In this document: positions 14,249 through 16,020 of the stretch, one piece after another
Numbering within the stretch: position 1 is the stretch's first letter
Layout of the letters: each line of letters starts with the position of its first letter
Source: a candidate division WOR-3 bacterium
Lineage (GTDB): Bacteria; Hydrothermota; Hydrothermia; JBDRYB01
Direction: 5' to 3'
Assembly (NCBI GenBank): GCA_049969615.1
Contig: JBMFOM010000036.1
Coordinates: 1-16,020 of the forward strand
DNA: 16,020 nt
Translations under genes and position numbers: made by a program
The notes under the pieces: generated by a model
Told to the model about the DNA's origin: nothing
Seen by the model: only the letters and a program-made list of their open reading frames with translations
The model's database searches: none

Positions 14249-15892
14249 TCAGAACCTTTGTTCCAATCTAACGAAGAACCTCGCTGGCCTCTCTATGTCA
14301 ATAACATCCTGCGCGATCCTCGCGGATATCCCATAGACAGAGAAACCAGCGCCCAGAGAGACCATGAGCGAATCAGCGGAAAACGAGCCAGTCCAGGCCT
14401 TCCCCACATCGGCAAAGGCCATGATCCTCTTCAAGGGTCCGGTGTGCCTGAGCTTCATCTGGTATTCCAGGTTCCAGAGAATCGCGTGGTCGCCCTCTTG
14501 GTATTTGTAGGGGTAGGCAGGGATGGTCCCCACGCCCCCCAGGCCAAAGAGGAAGGGCCGCGGAGCTGGCTTATTGGCTAACGAGTAGCCAACACAGAGC
14601 CGCGCAAGGATGATGTATGACCATCCCTCCCTAGTTAGCCGGATAACGCCAGCCAGCTGATTGAGATCAAAGGAGTCTGGCAGAGAATATGTGTATTCAA
14701 TAGACAGAACAACGCCAGGGTTCCTGTAGGTGGAACCCAGGCGGAGGGCCCGGAGCGCGCCCGAGTCCGCGGCGGGGTTTGACCTGAAATCAGGCCCCAG
14801 TAGGCCGAAATCAGTGACCTTTTCAATCGGCGCGATCTCGCTCATCTCGTAAGTAAGGCTAGCGCTCAGCCTAGCGCTGGGAACAGCCCTCGCTCCAACC
14901 GAAATCCCTCTCCTGGCGAAGTAATCTCTCGCGTCCTCGGTAAATATGAGCGCGGAAAGCGCGTTCTCATATTTGCCCATGGTCCAAGCGTCAAAACTCG
15001 CTATCGTGTCGTAGGCCCAAAGATCAATGTAGAAGTTGGGATTGGTCACAAACCGGGGCGAAACCCTTATGAACCAGAAGGGAGTTTTTGCGGCAAAGGC
15101 ATAGGAGAGGCCGCCGGAAGCAGTGTGCGCGTCAGGGCCGCCAAGGTTGAGATCAACGCCCATGCCGAGCTCCGGTCCCTTGACCCTGTTGTAATCAATC
15201 ACCAGGAGGGGAGACCAGGCCTTGCCCCACTTCCAAAGCCAGCCCCTTTCCTCTTGTTCTACGAAACCTATCCTCCGGGCCGCAACCGAGAACCCATCCC
15301 TCTGAAAGGTGAAATTGTCGGCAATAATAGTGTCTCGGTAGGCAAATCTGATTGGACCGGTTCCAGTCCTAAAGTCATAGCTTGCTCTTCGGGGCAACGA
15401 ATCCAAAGTGAGGCTCACTGGCCCTGTCAGGGTGTTAACCCAGAAAACGCCCTGTCCGGCCCCCTTTATGTCCACACGACCGGACGCGGTCTGGATGTTA
15501 TACTCTGAGGCAGTCCAGTCATCACCCAACACAGGTCCCTCCAGGGTAGCATCTCCGGTCATGGAGGTGAAGGTTAGCCGGGTCGGAAAGAGGCCGGTCA
15601 TGTAGAGGTCGCCGGAAACGGTCACCACCGTGAGGAATTGAGGAAAAGGCCCCTGGCCTGTCCTTGACTTGAGTGAAATGGATCCGGATTCGGAGGAAAA
15701 AGCAATTCCCCACGCGGATGGAACGCTGATAACCAGGTCACCCTCCGCGACGACCTTAACAGTGTCGCCCGTCTCTCCGTAAAGATGCTTTCCTTGGACC
15801 ACCAGAGAGGTGTCCGACGTAAGCCTCATTTCAACTCCCTGGTAATCTGAATTAACGACCAAGGTTCTGGCTAACAAAAACGCGACTAGCAT
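14249..15892 (-). CDS. Outer-membrane protein: DUF4097-like N-terminal repeats plus Omp85/BamA-TamA-like C-terminal beta-barrel
   Basis: Repeats SESGSI, TVSGDL, SMTGDA, TASGRV, TLTGPV, TGTGPI; then DYNRVKG, EDARDYF, LGGVGTIPAY, LWNLEYQ, FADVGKAW, SLGAGF, and terminal FFVRLEQRF (beta-signal with terminal Phe). Confidence 0.7.
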   Translation of the reverse strand: MLVAFLLARTLVVNSDYQGVEMRLTSDTSLVVQGKHLYGETGDTVKVVAEGDLVISVPSAWGIAFSSESGSISLKSRTGQGPFPQFLTVVTVSGDLYMTGLFPTRLTFTSMTGDATLEGPVLGDDWTASEYNIQTASGRVDIKGAGQGVFWVNTLTGPVSLTLDSLPRRASYDFRTGTGPIRFAYRDTIIADNFTFQRDGFSVAARRIGFVEQEERGWLWKWGKAWSPLLVIDYNRVKGPELGMGVDLNLGGPDAHTASGGLSYAFAAKTPFWFIRVSPRFVTNPNFYIDLWAYDTIASFDAWTMGKYENALSALIFTEDARDYFARRGISVGARAVPSARLSASLTYEMSEIAPIEKVTDFGLLGPDFRSNPAADSGALRALRLGSTYRNPGVVLSIEYTYSLPDSFDLNQLAGVIRLTREGWSYIILARLCVGYSLANKPAPRPFLFGLGGVGTIPAYPYKYQEGDHAILWNLEYQMKLRHTGPLKRIMAFADVGKAWTGSFSADSLMVSLGAGFSVYGISARIAQDVIDIERPARFFVRLEQRF

Positions 15893-15899
15893 GGCCACA

Positions 15900-15929
15900 A
15901 TTTTAAGCCCGTGGCAGGGTGAGGTTCAA
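15900..15929 (-). promoter_or_regulatory. Putative leaderless promoter of the Omp85-like gene
   Basis: Minus strand TTGAAC-N18-TAAAAT, then 7 nt to ATG 15892; no SD. Confidence 0.65.
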
Positions 15930-16020
15930 GCAGGGAAGAATAACGTGATCCTTCACCCGGCTGTCCTCTAGCTGGCCCCTGATTGACCACTTGCCTTATT
16001 CTCTGGGTATGAAGGAGAGG

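Noticed and set aside
15940..16020. Gene start at the right edge
   Set aside because: Only TTGACC and a purine-rich end are visible; too little sequence to call.

Overview
Bacterial chromosomal window, most likely from a diderm FCB-group-related lineage such as WOR-3. This placement is an inference from a T9SS-type C-terminal sorting domain, Skp and Omp85 genes, and the signal-peptide style. Recognisable genes are groES-groEL, an isoaspartyl peptidase/asparaginase, a divergent DapF-family epimerase and two M23 peptidases. The rest are envelope proteins of unknown role: an LPP20-like/FlgT-N/beta-propeller-lipoprotein operon, a Skp(OmpH) fused to a TolB-N/CsgG-like domain, a DUF4097-like/Omp85-like barrel protein, a beta-propeller protein and an (alpha/alpha)-toroid protein. 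Structure the ORF track misses: (i) a ~190-bp dispersed intergenic element in three copies; two bracket the dapF-like gene as direct repeats, one supplies its -35 box, and it carries a covarying mini-hairpin; (ii) an M23 gene whose HxxxD motif lies upstream of its first ATG and which apparently starts at ATA behind a strong Shine-Dalgarno; (iii) a doubly frameshifted lamin-tail-domain pseudogene; (iv) several exported proteins with very short signal peptides lacking a basic n-region, often on apparently leaderless mRNAs; (v) a hairpin-rich non-coding stretch upstream of groES. No rRNA, tRNA, CRISPR array, transposase or integrase is visible. All family calls come from motif recognition by eye, not from database searches.
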